A stretch of DNA of 64,000 nucleotides from Eremomyces bilateralis CBS 781.70. Lineage: Eukaryota. The notes below the pieces were generated by a model, which was given only the letters and a program-made list of their open reading frames with translations, did not search any database and was not told the DNA's origin. The DNA lies in the NCBI GenBank assembly GCA_010015585.1, contig ML975170.1; one strand, given 5' to 3'. Both the position numbers and the translations under genes were made by a program. Numbering within the stretch: position 1 is the stretch's first letter; every line of letters starts with the position of its first letter. This document shows positions 12,056 through 25,023 of the stretch, piece after piece.

Positions 12056-12848
12056 TCAACCCTTTTTGGATTTCAACAGAAAGTCGTCCATCCGCTTCAT
12101 CCAGTCCCCCGTCCTCTCCCCTGTCCTGCGCGCCTTTGCTTCTCCCCAGCCACTAAGGAGTTCCTCCCGCAAGGGTTCGGGAATGTCGATTTGTTCATCC
12201 CGACTCAATGCCTTCAAAATCGTCTCGCCATCATTCTCGGATACCATCATGGCGTCCAAGGCCTGGCTGCCTGGAAGCGTTGTCGGAGTGGGTTTGTTCT
12301 TTGTGGAGATCTTAATATGGGCCGACGGTATCTTCTCTACCTGGATGACTTCGACCTCGTCTAGGGACAGATCCTCGTCATATAGTACTTGTCTAATGAT
12401 GGAGGTGATCTCCTCAAGCTGTTGGTCTGACAATTTGTTCCTCCCTCCTTCCAAGATCGACTCGAGTGCTTGCTGGCTATCGACTCGTAGATTAAGGATC
12501 TGAAGCACTTCTCCTTTCGGAATCTTGTATGGGCGGAGGCGAGTGACCAGAATCTGGGCAGTTCGAGGGTCGCGGACGCGGACATTGCTAGGGATCGGCT
12601 CGAGCGGTGCTCCTTGCGCTTCAAGGTAAGATTGGACCTTTGCCAAAGTGGTCCCGAGGTTTTTGGGAATCCGTTTTTGACGGCCCTCACGCTTATACCG
12701 CTCTTGCAGTTCGCGAACATGCTGCAGAACTTCTGCATTGGTGAGCGTCCCGCTCATGGTTTGGACGACTTGCTATATTCCGAGTTAGAACCCTACATCG
12801 TAGATGGTGTGTCCCTGAGGGAGGTTGAGGCGGTCTTACGGGACTCAT
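12056..12848 (-). CDS. RPC17: RNA polymerase III subunit C17/RPC9 (Rpb4 family)
   Basis: A 9-nt exon 1 (ATG AGT CCC, 12848-12840), a GTAAGA..TAG intron, and exon 2 at 12772-12056. Motifs LTNAEVLQH and IPKGEVLQILNLR..LE fit Rpb4/Rpc17. Confidence 0.72.
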
Positions 12849-13104
12849 GGCGGAATTTAACAAAGCTTTGGGCTATCCTGAGGCATTAGATTTAGACTTG
12901 ATGGTTCAGATCATATCTAGCATGGATATCTGAACCATATACCAAGCTGATGGAGCATAGATCAGGCATTCACTTGAGAGTTGAGATGATGGAAACGAAC
13001 GAAGTCCCGACTGTACTCACTATTGAATATTCAATATACTGAATATAGGGAAAATTTTGCGCACAGACCATCCACGCGTCTTTGTTGATTATTACCCAAC
13101 CCTA

Positions 13105-14567
13105 AGCGGTCGTCAGAAAAAGCAAGACCAAGAATGTGCCGAAGTTTCCCCGCCCACGACCAAAATTGTGTGTAACGTAGGAAATTCAATCATTACCGCC
13201 ATCATAATGGTTTGTACACGGTCTAAAGCTCGTCGAAACGAGCAATTAAGGGGAAATGCTACTCATCGTCATTATACCGCTCTCGAAAAGGCGTGCCTTC
13301 GCGGTGAGATAGGCCGCTCGTCGTCAGCAATATGGGTTAGAGACCACGCGCTCTAATCGAGCGATTTTTCAGCGAAATGGAGTCCCTAAATCGTCTGCAT
13401 ACCGCATCTTAAAGTCTAAAAGGGGCGATCGGCGTATATCTGATCAGGAAATGCGAGGGCGGAAGCCTCTTATCTCACCTACCCAGCTCGCAGTCCTTGA
13501 TCGCTTGGTTGAATCAATGGGTTGCGAAGAGAGGAATATCACGTGGGACGCATTGGCGTACGAGTCTGATACCGATTGCGCACCACGTACGATTCAAAGA
13601 TCTATGGCGTCTATGGATTACCATAAGAGTATCGCCTGCAGAAAAGCTTGGGTTTCAAGGAAATTGGCATCTAAACGTGTTGCGTACGCGAAAATGATGT
13701 TAGAGAGGTATCCTACTGCAGACCATTGGAAACATGTTAGATTCAGCGATGAGGTCCATATCGGACTTGGGCCCCGAGGGAAGAATCTTATTATACGGAA
13801 ACGAGGACAGCGGTACTGTTTGAATTGCATCCAACGGGTTTCAGATCCGGATGAAGCGGACAAGCGAAAAATCCACGCCTGGGCGGCTGTTGGGTACGAT
13901 TTCCAAGGCCCTCTTGTTTTCTACGATGTTCCGACGAATAATACCGGTAAGATGTCGCAAGATGTCTACTTAAACAAGATCCTCAAACCTGTCGTTGGTC
14001 CTTGGGTTGCAAACAACGAGTATTTTGTATTAGAGGAGGACCAAGACTCTGGACACGCACCGCCAAGAACTACCAAAACGAAGCCTTACCCGGAATTGAA
14101 ATGGAAAGAGGAGATAGGGCTGCATTCCTATTTTAATTGCGCGGGGTCTCCAGACCTTGCGATCATCGAGGACTGTTTTCAATCTTAAAGGGGTATGTTC
14201 GCAAATACAGGCATTGGGAACCGGAGGAAACACGCCAATTGGCACAGGAGGCGTGGTATGAGTGTCTTGATCAAGAATGGATTAACCAACGTGTCCTTAC
14301 CATGCCTGATCGGTTACGGAAGGTTATTGAATCAGAGGGCCAGATGATTGCATACGGTAGGGGCATGGCCGGCCCAAACCCGGGCTAACAGCCAGAATTT
14401 CGTAGGTATATACTCATTATCTAGGTGCGAATAGTCTCAAAAAACGATTGATTATATTTCACTTATTTTGTGTGGGTAGTTGTACGCATAGCCGTGGTTG
14501 AATACTAATTTGTATGTGTTGGGGCGCCAAGACCAATTTCTTGCTCTTGCTTTTTTTGTCGACCGCT
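13105..14567 (+). mobile_element. Tc1/mariner (IS630-Tc1) DNA transposon, about 1.46 kb, degenerate
   Basis: 30-bp TIRs at 13105-13134 and 14538-14567 match at 27/30 (AGCGGTCGTCAGAAAAAGCAAGACCAAGAA). TA precedes the left TIR but no TA follows the right one. The TIRs enclose a transposase frame. Confidence 0.9.
13207..14388 (+). pseudogene. Tc1-like transposase with two frameshifts
   Basis: ATG at 13207; frameshifts near 13310-13315 and near 14185. HTH-like GVPKSSAYRILK and RGRKPLIS; catalytic motifs WKHVRFSDE, LEEDQDSGH, SPDLAIIE; C-terminal MPDRLRKVIESEG. Confidence 0.9.
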
Positions 14568-14834
14568 GGGGGCCAACTTCCTCATCAAATCCGTTCCAAT
14601 AACTCCAGTGGCTTCCACACCACCACCTAATTGTGTGGTATTTTCGATCGAAAATGAAATAAATCCTATCTAAGCCTACAGGTTTAACCGGTATACCAAC
14701 ATGTCTGAGTATTAGAGCTCAGCCAAAGCATTAGGCTCAGAAACAAATATATATTATTTCCTATTGTTCTTACTATTGTCCATCACTATTGTCCTACATC
14801 TGCTACCACCTCCGAAAATTCCTTGGGACAGGGC

Positions 14835-16832
14835 CTAGATGGTGTACCTAAATTCTGCGAGGCCCTCCAGAATCCGTTCGCCCCTGTTCGCCTGCTTGTT
14901 TCTCATCATATAGTAGAAAGCCAGTCCGATGCACATCAGGATCGTGGCGAGCTGGGTTGCCTGAAGACAAGTCAGCAAAAGTGCATCCAGTGGCAATGGC
15001 GAAGGTAGCTTACCACCGCAGCCCAGATTCCGCTCGTATAATGCGGCAACTCCTTCTCCATGAATGTCGTGCTGGCATAAATGCCTCCAATGGCTCCAAA
15101 CATGACCTGCATAGCTGAGGCGATCCTGGGGTTTAAGGTTAGAGTTTAGAAACAATAACTAGTAGTGTAGGGACTTACGCTCGAGTGCTCTGGCCACGGA
15201 TGTTATTCGCCTGCCATGCAAGCACCGTTGACAAACTGGCATTGCAACCCGCAGTTCCAAGGAAAACTCCGAAGTAGCGGGGACCAGTACCGTGAGCGTA
15301 TCGAACGAGGATCATCCCGACGAGGGTAACAATAGACTGTAGGATGGCAAAAGGGGCTCGAGTGCGCCATCTGTCGGCCAACCAAGAACAAAAAATAGCA
15401 AATGGGACACTAGCCACGGCAGGAGGTGCGGCTAGTAGGAAAGTCTCGCTGACAGAATATCCAAAGGACTTAATGATTATTGCAGAGAAGAAAGCAAATG
15501 CATAGATCCCTACAGCAGCGCTCATGAACATCAGGGCGCTTTATATGGGTTAGTAAAAAAAGGTTTAGACAGGTAGATTCAGTGAAATCAGTGAAATCAG
15601 AAGGGTTGGGGGTTAGGTTGGGGGTTTGAAGCACAATACTTACAAAAGCCAGATCTCCCATTTGAGCAAACAGTGTTTGATCTTGGGCCAAGTAATCTCA
15701 TCAAATTCAGCATCGCTACGATCGCGATTCAGGCGGTCGGTAATCATCTGGACCTCGTCCTCGTTCAAGAATGGCTTTCGGGATTTCAATACCTGGTCCG
15801 GAAATGGAACAATCAAGGCGTATCCTAAGGCAGCCAAGGCGACGGTGATTAGTCCTTCTATGACGAAAATCCATCGCCACCCACGTAAGCCACCAACTCC
15901 TTCCATCTGGATCAATCCATAGGCCAGTATGTTACCGAAACCATTTGATACGACGTTGACAGCATAGAACCAGGCGATGCTAGAACCGTCAGTCGTCCTT
16001 CTATCGCAAATATCTGAAGAGGGGGGTGTACCGTTGCTGGACTTGATATCGTTCGTACCAGGAGCTGATGAGGTAGACGCATCCAGGACTGCGTTGAACC
16101 GTTAGATCTGGATTACAGCGGACAACACTCTCTCAAAGAAGATGCGCACCATTGATCGCGGATAACTTACAAAAATCCCGCTTCGAAAACACCGACTAGC
16201 AAGCGGATAATGACAATAGGAATCCAATTATGGGCGAAACCGGCACACATGATGCAAACACCCCAGCCAAACGCGAGGAAGGCGAGGTACCGATGGGCCG
16301 GAACCTTGCGTAGGACGATGTTTGACGGAATTTCGAAGATGAAATACGTGAAGAAAAACACCAGGAGGGCGATTGAGTATCTGCGAAGGCATTTGTTAGG
16401 AAGATGATCCAATCGGAACGTCACCATGGAGCCGCTGGTACCTGTTGCCTTGATTGAATCCTAGATCAACATCCATTCCAGCAACGCGGGCATTGGAAAG
16501 CTGTGAGAAATTAGCCAAGGATCCCTATAGTTGCCAAATGGTGTTTCCCACATTTGTCCGATCAATACCACTGATAGAATACATAGCTCCCAAGATGGGG
16601 ATGACCCTGATATCGATCTTGAGACTAGAGGTAGATAATTTAGCACCCTCCCTTCCGCATTGTGGTTTTCGACTCACGTAAGCTTTTTTAGCCTTTTCAG
16701 GTATTCAGGGTTGTCATGAGCGATATCCTGGTTTGAGGAGCTTGCCTCGCCCTTTTCAACATGTTCGACGTGGCCGATATATGGCTTGGGGTCAAGGTCG
16801 GCCGGATCGACGGAATGGTGCATCTCCTTCAT
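14835..16832 (-). CDS. MFS transporter, anion:cation symporter (Dal5/Tna1 allantoate-nicotinate permease) family
   Basis: Modelled with 9 exons and 8 introns from ccgccATG at 16832. Motifs KID.RVIP, IDRTNLSNARVAGM, FEIPSNIVL, RLLVGVFEAGF, GLRGWRWIFVIEGLIT, LADRWRTR, terminal EGLAEFRYTI. Confidence 0.9.
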
Positions 16833-19370
16833 GGCGGCGAATGACGACCTGCTTGTAAAGAGAATGGATATACCCGATCTGAAAAAGATGGAAGGGCTAA
16901 CTGTTTGGCGTTTCCTTGGGTGACGCGCTTGGGGAGAGCGGGTTTATCAATACGCGACTCTGCGTTCGAGACCATGCCCGAAGAATACCGGTTGACTGAA
17001 GCATGCCTGTCCTTTATCACCGCATTCTCGGATTGCCACATGGTCCACCATCCAAGGGCAGCAGGTACTTGCTGATCCTCATCCATACAAATTTCCCTCA
17101 TCCCTACTGTGAATACGGAGTACTGGGAACTGGGAAGACGTTATCCCGTGCCAGTAGGTAGCACAGGGTACTTAGTGCATTCCCCGCAATCTCCACGCGG
17201 AAGCGCCAATAGGCATAAGGCAATAGTACCATCTTCAGCATTTCCCCGGAGCGATCCATGCCACTCTTCCCCGTTACGTACATAGTATACACTGAGTCTC
17301 GGGTATCTTGGCATGACTAGTGGACGGCCTGGAATCTGGATAGTGGATTGAAATGGGGAAGAATTAAGAAATATTAAGCGTGCCGCTTCCCGCATTCCAG
17401 ACTAGTGTGTTAGTCGCTTTCATAAACTTCGAATTATGTGCGGGACAGCTAGCAGGGCACAATCGTCCATACTCCATCACGGGTACCGATTATAGTCCCT
17501 ACGGCGACTTGATAGAACGCTGGATGAAATTTTAGACCACTGGTAGTGCAATATTCCTGTGAAAGAGATGGATAAATATGGAGAGCCGTATAGGTAACAA
17601 TATCAGCTACCAGTGTCCAGCATTGATTGCTGAGATGGGGATCTCTGAGAACGGGAAATAAGTAACATCACTTCAGTTCTCGATGGAAGCATGGAAGTAT
17701 GGAACGCAGTGGCCCCTCGTACTCCAGACACCGGGGTATTATTTCCGGACAGGGAGTATTATTTCTAGGCGGAATTGAGACGGACATGCCGGTAATTTCA
17801 GCTGGTTGGTCAATTGTATCGTCTGTCGGACAGGAGCATGGGGGGAATACAGCCGAATACAGCCGAATATGAGGAATCAAGTTTCCAATGTTCAGGGATT
17901 TCCGGCTGAGGTGATCCTTTGGCATTTTGGGAAACATCGAGAAAGCCGAACCAATAGAGGAGACAGGAGATAGACGAGACAGACAGACAGTTCCAATCGA
18001 CCAGACTAAATCTCAAGGAAGTAGATAGATCCGGGGTTCCGGTGATGTGGCTTGTCTGTGGATGTGCTCGGTAGGATACCTTAGTTCACGGATGAACTAA
18101 CTACTGTTGACCAAAGCTTTCTGTCCGCGTTTCCCTTGTGGATTTTTGTGGTTTTCATGATTTCATCTGGCAACCCTGACTCAATCAACTGCTGTGCAGT
18201 TGACACTAATCCAGACAATACCTGCAGTAATTAGCGACTTCGTTGGGTTCGTATTCCGTACCTTATGGTGACTTGGTGAGATGGAAGTCAGAGGATGGGC
18301 TAAGAGGCAGGGGGCGGCGCGTATTCCGGATCCGGGAATAATAGATCCGCTAGGCTTAGCGGCTTAGCACTGAGATATGTGGCGTTTGTTGCGGCCGTCG
18401 AGTCGTCAACGTCGCATTATTCAGACTTCACTACGGAGTAGACAACTCGACATCCAGCTCCCGTGCAAATTATCCGTCGTCATTCTTCAAGTATTCCCGT
18501 CACCATGCTGCGGGGATTTCGGCAATAAACTGCTTGTCCCTTGCCTCTCCACCGTTACATGCACGCAATTCAGCCACTAACTACCCAAGTCCGAAAGTGG
18601 ATGCCGTTGACCAAGCAAGATAAATACTCCAGAAGGCAGAATCGGAAACACCCCATCAGATCTGGCTGACTTCTCAGTTCTCAGTTCTCACCGATCACAG
18701 CTGAGTGCTGGCTCCCAGACGCCACTCGAGTTAGTGTCTTTCAGCTTTACCAGACCAATTTCTCCCCCCACTAAATCCTGATCTTGAGTTCTTGTCAGTT
18801 GAATACATACATAGTTCATGCACATGGCACAACTAGTACATGTAGGTTTGGGTTAATGAATATCTCCAGTACGTACTTGTTGACATGGTGGGTCGCACCC
18901 GATCGATGAATCTAGACCTGTGTACATAACCCCAGAGTACGGATAAGATGGGTTCAATACGAGGCTCTGTTGAGAACGGCGAATTCGAACCTCTAGTGAC
19001 CTGGTCTTCTAAAGTCTAGACTCGCTACTGCCGCAGGGAACGACTCTTCATCCGCGCCCTTAAAGTTCGACTAGTCTGGTGACTGATCCTTAGAATGTGT
19101 GTGAACCGCCATCCTTGGCAGCACCTGTAGATCGGCCGACCCGTAGAAGTTGAGGATGGGATGCATCTATGCTTGGTGGAATCCTGGATAGACAAAAGAG
19201 AGTAGCGAGATAGATTGAAATAGTGGATGTGCAGTTGCATCAGACGGAAAAGCATTCTTCGTTAAATTATGATTACGCTTCATTCGACAAAGCTCATACG
19301 CTAAAATTTCTTTTCCGTAGCGTTCGATACACATTACTGTTCTCTAGCTGCTCTTCCCTGGCCAATGATC

Positions 19371-21681
19371 CTAAGGTTTGATTATATTTGCTGCCCGAAT
19401 AATGCCTTGAGCTGTCTTCGTGACCCATTCCTGTGCCATGTCGAAGTCCTTATATATCTCGACGGCCTCCGTGATTCCAGGGAAAGTAACAGGAGCATAT
19501 CCTTCAAAAAGTCATTAGCAGTGTTAGTCGATGGCCGCAGATTGGAACCTACCAGTGTCTAGGCCAGGTGCAAATGCGACGTGTTGATAGAATTCCCGTT
19601 CGGGGAACCCTCCTTGGCTTGTGAAGCCTCTTTGGAAATCACGGTATTTATGATTCACAACGAGGAGCAAATCAGCATCCTCGCCCTCCAGAGCTTTCTG
19701 TTCGAGTGCTTTAATTTCAATCGCTCGCCTCTCAAATTCGTCGATGGCGTGGGTGAGTTCAGTGAGGTCCACGCTCCCGCTGGTTGAAGAGATGGTCTTC
19801 TCGACGGCATCGAAATACTTCTTCAATTCCACTGTGTAATTAGGAAGGTCAAATGGGACGACCTCATCATCTGCGAGGTGATATGCCAACAGTGACAGAT
19901 ACTGTCCTACCGCTTTATGGACGGGGAATCCCGGGTCACCGTAAGTGGTCATCCAGTGCCAGGTGTCATAGTTCGAATGATAGTGATAGATTGGATCTCC
20001 GGCACCTTGATCGCTCCCCACATCGAGCTAATCGGATGGTTAATATTCGTCCTCGGTTGGCGGATGGTCCTACTTACTGAAGAGATGCCTTTGTGGAGGA
20101 AAGCAGTGTAGTCAGATCCGGAACCTAGGACCCCAACCTCACCCTCCGTCTCCTCAAACCAAACGTCATACATTGTCAAATTCAGAGCCCCATTTTTGGG
20201 CCAGATGACCTTCTTCATCGTCTCAATTGCAACTTTATGCAGCTCTGGGGTCGCTGAAAGTCCCGGGGAAGGTCCGGAGCACCCGACATCGATATTAAGA
20301 TATGACACAGTGGTAGCTGAGAGCCATGGAATGTATTCTTCCACCCATTCGGTCGATCCGAGGAGGCCGTACTCCTCCGCGTCCCAGGATGCTAAAACAA
20401 TGTTTCGTCGGGGTTTCCATCCGGTTTGAAGCAATTTACCAAAAGCTTTGGACAATTCCACCATGATTGCCGAGCCCGAATTCGGGTCCGCAGCCCCTCC
20501 GACAATCCAAGCATCTCTATGATTGCCGATTACGATGGTCTCATCGCTGTTCGTGCCGTTGATCCATGCAATGGCATCCCAGATCGGCGTGATCGCATCT
20601 CGCATGACATTCGACATGGAGAGGACGGCACCTGGGGCGGGACCGGTGCTATAGGTGGAATTGAGAGCACCAACCCAATTGGTACGATTGACTTCCGACC
20701 CATTGGTACCATGGCCGTCTAGGGCATTCAACAAAGGTTTTGCGTCCTGCCAGGAAAGTGGGAAAGATGGAATACGAGGCGTGACCGGTGACTTATCCGT
20801 ACGAGGGCTGTCTTCCTTTGATGGATATCCAGGGGTCGTTGGGTCTCCTGGATAGGTAGAGAGGAATTGCACAGAGCCTCGTTGGGCAGACGTAGGATTT
20901 CTTGCGGGTCCCTCTGATACAGGTCGTTAGTCGACCTATAAGGAAAAGTGCCGTTGCTATGCATAAGAGTCGGCTAGTTACCTGGATATGCGGCATAGCC
21001 GTTTGCTTCAGTCACATTGCCGTCATCGGCAGTGTCGGTGAATATGACTGCTCCGATCATTCCGTAGTCTTGGGCATTCTTAACTTTCAATCCTCGGAAA
21101 GGCCCTCCATACCTTGCAAGAGCAATTTTGCCTTCCAGCGGGACTCCAAGGGCGACGAGACGGTCAAAGTCCACTTGTTGTCCTCTACCGACGTAGACAT
21201 ATTCCGCCGAGGCATTTCCAGTAGCTGAATATCCGTGGAACACGGGGGCCGAATCTGGGGAGCCCGTTACCGAATCTTCTGCCAGTACATCTTCTTTCAA
21301 CTTGGGATGAAACACGGACCCATTTCCGTAAGTAAGTGTGAGCGAGTTTGACACTGGGTAGTTCAGATACACAATATATTCTGCCAGGGAGGCCGTGAAT
21401 CCGTTCTCAGCCCAGCGATCTGCTGTCCATTGCGCCTGGCTCTTATTGGTGCCGGCAATGTGCAACCCATGAGTATAATAGTGGCTCCATTCAGAGAGCG
21501 ACGTACTGTCGAACGAGTTGGACAGAATCGATTCGGTTTCTGACAACACCGGCGGGAATGGCGCATGAGGAGCTTGTCGCCTTGAGAGTGTTCGGCCTCT
21601 CTCCAAAAGATTTTTCTCGCGTATACATGCGTTCGCTTGGGCAAGCAACGATATCAGTGCAATTGAACGTGCCCCCTTCAT
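19371..21681 (-). CDS. Secreted M28 glutamate carboxypeptidase II / transferrin-receptor-like metallopeptidase
   Basis: Signal peptide, PA domain (RYGGPFRGLKVKNA), YPGDPTTPGYPS, Zn motifs GNHRDAW, AADPNSGS, SWDAEEYGLLGSTE, YLNID, SGSDYTAF, YHSNYD, and a TfR-dimer tail (HVAFAPG..GY...TFPG). Three introns near 20930-20977, 20026-20076 and 19503-19552. Confidence 0.93.
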
Positions 21682-23812
21682 TGTTACAACGCTTGCTAGT
21701 GACGGGACAAGAAAACGGACTCAAGCAGTAACGACATTGTCAATCGAGTTCAGGTCGGACGGACGTCACTCCGGCTTTGTATTTATACCACCATCCGGGC
21801 ATTTGGATAACCACCCAAGATGGCAACTATTGGCATTCGACTGTACAATCCCCGGACTCTTTTGTGCGGGACTCGTTGTCTCATCTAGGATAGTCCAACC
21901 CCACCGGGTTCAATTGCTGGGCGAAGGACCTTAGCATTGGCATTTTCGGAGCTTAGCCGCTTTTTCAGGAAGGTGATTGTGAATCCAATTCCTAGACAAC
22001 GTAGAAAGCGGCGTTGGAGCCGGTACAAAATAGTCAAGTCGAGAGAATAGTTGTGGCGATGATGCGCTTGGAATCGACATGGATGGTGCATCGTGATCTG
22101 ATCCGATGTGGGGGCCACGGAATGATTCCCAAGCAACTGATGTCATCCCCCAATGCTCCCGCTCGTCTTGCGGAGCAGAGGCAGATACCAAGTACATAGT
22201 CGATTTACTGTGTCTACTAATGTTCTGCAATAGAAGTGCCGTGCTCAATGATTCTCACTCGTACTCTCGTAGACCGGTGTTAGGACTAAGACGAGTGATT
22301 AGCACTGCAGATCGTTTCTCAATGCGGTTGACACCGGGAACCCAACTCTTGGGGGGAACAGGGTGATCTGCGTGAACATATCAGGTGTGTTGTTGAGCTG
22401 CATCGGTCAACGTTACATTCAGTCGAAGTCTGAAAAGCATCATCAGGACGTAGATCGTGCAATCCCTCTTGTGAAGCACGCGACCGGATCAAGGGAAAGT
22501 GATGAAAGAACACAATGATTGGTACAGTCAACACGTACCGCCATGGAGCGGGAGGCCATCATGGCCATATCAATTGTCATTGCGGCAAACATTGAGTTTT
22601 GTTCTGTTTGTTGACAGAAGCTTCCTCTCCGGGCGCGGCCCAGGTATTGACGTCGATGTGTTCGTCATCCACCCCCATTTTGGATATAGTCGGGCTAACA
22701 AAGCACTCAGTCAAGCTGCTAGTAGTTCATATCGAAGGATATGTGTATAGCTTAGTATCATTGATACCGATAACACTATCTAAATCTTTTATCTGCGAAG
22801 TGGATGAAATCTTTTAGTGGTTCGGCAATGTTGAATTTGTTGAAGCGTCGTGAGCGTCCAACCACAATAGTAGCTGCTTTACGACCCTGTTGAGGGATTT
22901 GCAAGATAGATAACTAACTGTCCCGCAATTAACTTAATATAACTAGTTCGAGAACGAGCACCTCTAGGAGACTTACCGCAAATATGTTCGCTTGGGCGAC
23001 AAAGGTATCAAGAGCTTCGTTGACCGGAGATTGGGGATCCTCATGAAATAAATAACTTCCCCTTTTCGAACTCGAATAGATGTAAGTAAAGAACAGGTGG
23101 CGGCCGTCCAAGGTCCCCTAGGCAGAAACAAAAAGCTTCCAGCTTGCTATCCAAGCAAGATTGATAGGATTAGTCGGTCGGGATTATACGTCAATCCCGG
23201 CTCTGGAGAGACTCCGTTGACATCGGTTTTGCTGCCGGGGTTTTGGTTATGCGGCGGATAGCGTCCGTCCCTGCTAAATAAATGGATAGAATCAGACACC
23301 TTCTCTTTGTTATCTAGTTCTGCCGGCCGGATCCAGATTCCATTAAGTCCTGTCACTGATACGATACTGGACGCATTTGTCACAATGAAGCCGCTCAGCG
23401 GTGAGACGAACTGATTGCCAATGATGCCTCCGATTGTGATTTTGTCACGCCATCAGTTACTCTGTGCGAAGGTACAATAAGTACTGAGGGTGAGAAGCTC
23501 AATCCGCATGGGCGGAAGTGGCGTCGAAGTCGTTAGTTCAGCAAACCAACGTGGCCCAAGGTTTAGATTCGTCTGAAGATCGATGCCCTGTAAGAAATCC
23601 CTCGTGTATCTAATAGGGTTTTAGATGATGTCAGCATTTCTGGTGTGTATGAACTTTCACGATGTGAGCGTAATGATTGCATCACCATTCCATCACTTTC
23701 GGTATGAAAATGTGAATTGTAGCTGTACTACCGTCCCAATCAAGATTCAGTAGAAGAATTCTAGAAATCACACCACTCACTCGGTAACCCGCTGCATCTC
23801 ATAAGCACCAGT

Positions 23813-24546
23813 ATGTTGACCATTGGTTCCGCATCTTTGAGGGCAGCATTGATTTACACACGTTCCCGTGTCATTCAAATATCACTGAGTTCAAGAATTG
23901 CAGCCATGTCTACCATTTCAGACGCTATCACCAAGGACCACCGTGAGTTGGAGGCTTACTACAAGGAAGTGATCAATTCGAGCGACCATGACCACCAGGA
24001 ACGCTACGGCAATCAGTTCACTTGGGAGCTCGCTCGTCACTCCGTCGGAGAGGAACTCATAGTGTACCCGGCATTTGAGAAGTACATGGGAGGGAAAGGC
24101 CATGCAATGGCGGAAAAGGACCGGATAGAACATCATCGAGTGAGTCGCCCGAGAATAGAGCTTGGTTCATGCTCATGATCCTAACCGACGTCTAGGTCAA
24201 GGAGATGCTCAAGGAATTCCAGAACATGCAGCCGAATGATCCCAACTATGTCCCGAAGTTGAAGGAGCTGTGGGGGAACCTAGAGCAGCACATGAATGAG
24301 GAGGAGACGGACGACCTCCCTGCTCTGGAGCAAGCTCTTCAGAAGGCTAAAGGTGAATCGGAGTCCATGGCCAAGACCTTCGGCTTCACCAAGATGCTAG
24401 TCCCCTCTCGAAGCCACCCGAGCGCTGGCGAACACCCACCATTTGAGACTGTTATGGGCCTCCTCACCGCTCCAATCGACCATATCGCCGACATATTCAG
24501 GAAGTTTCCTGATAAGACCATTTCACCCAATCCATCCACCAAGTGA
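23813..24546 (+). CDS. Hemerythrin/HHE cation-binding domain protein
   Basis: Two exons (intron about 24140-24195). DAITKDHREL, ELARHSVGEELIVYP, DRIEHH, HMNEEETDDLPALE, PSRSHPSA. An alternative start lies at ATG 23906. Confidence 0.9.
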
Positions 24547-24852
24547 AACATCACAGTGTGGACAGGAGGTGTTGTATTCTAGCTCTTCATCACTGGCAGT
24601 GCAGCACCAACATGCACCATCTGTAGTATCAGTCGTAGTATTGTCAATGACATGGCAATCTGTATAATTGTATATCATCCTAGCAGAATCCTTGATGGCC
24701 GCGAAGTGGTGGTTAGTAAAGAGTGATTTTGAGCATGGTTGTACTAAACGTTGGTGTGCGTGGACGAAATGAATGAGAGCGATATGGTTGAATAGCAAAA
24801 CAAACCGGAAAGTTGTAAGTTGCGGCTTACCTAAGGTCACATGACTAGCGGA

Positions 24853-24865
24853 ACGCGAGACGCGA
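24853..24865 (+). promoter_or_regulatory. Tandem MCB-like (ACGCGA x2) cell-cycle elements upstream of NSE2
   Basis: ACGCGAGACGCGA about 160 bp before the ATG of a Smc5/6 DNA-repair gene. CACGTG also occurs at 24898. Function is inferred. Confidence 0.4.
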
Positions 24866-25023
24866 CCCGCCTGCATGGCTTCACCTCCTCCATTGATTCA
24901 CGTGCTCCTCTTAAGTCTTGAATCTTTATGTCCACAACTGTCCAGTGAATCTCATACATACCTAAGTACCTGTATCTGTGGAGGTCCGAATCTTACTTCT
25001 TCATTGAAGGGAAAACCACCAGG

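Noticed and set aside
15579..15627. Telomere- or G-quadruplex-like GGGTTGGGGGTTAGG and TCAGTGAAA repeats in an MFS intron
   Set aside because: There is no true (TTAGGG)n array and the G-runs are incomplete; simple slippage is likely.
18975..19010. GGTTCGAATTC B-box-like motif on the minus strand suggesting a tRNA
   Set aside because: The T-stem does not pair and no D-arm or acceptor stem is present.
22300..23400. Minus-strand fragments with an apparent GTAAGT..CAG intron
   Set aside because: Many stops and a frameshift with no assignable family; it may be a relic but is unsupported.
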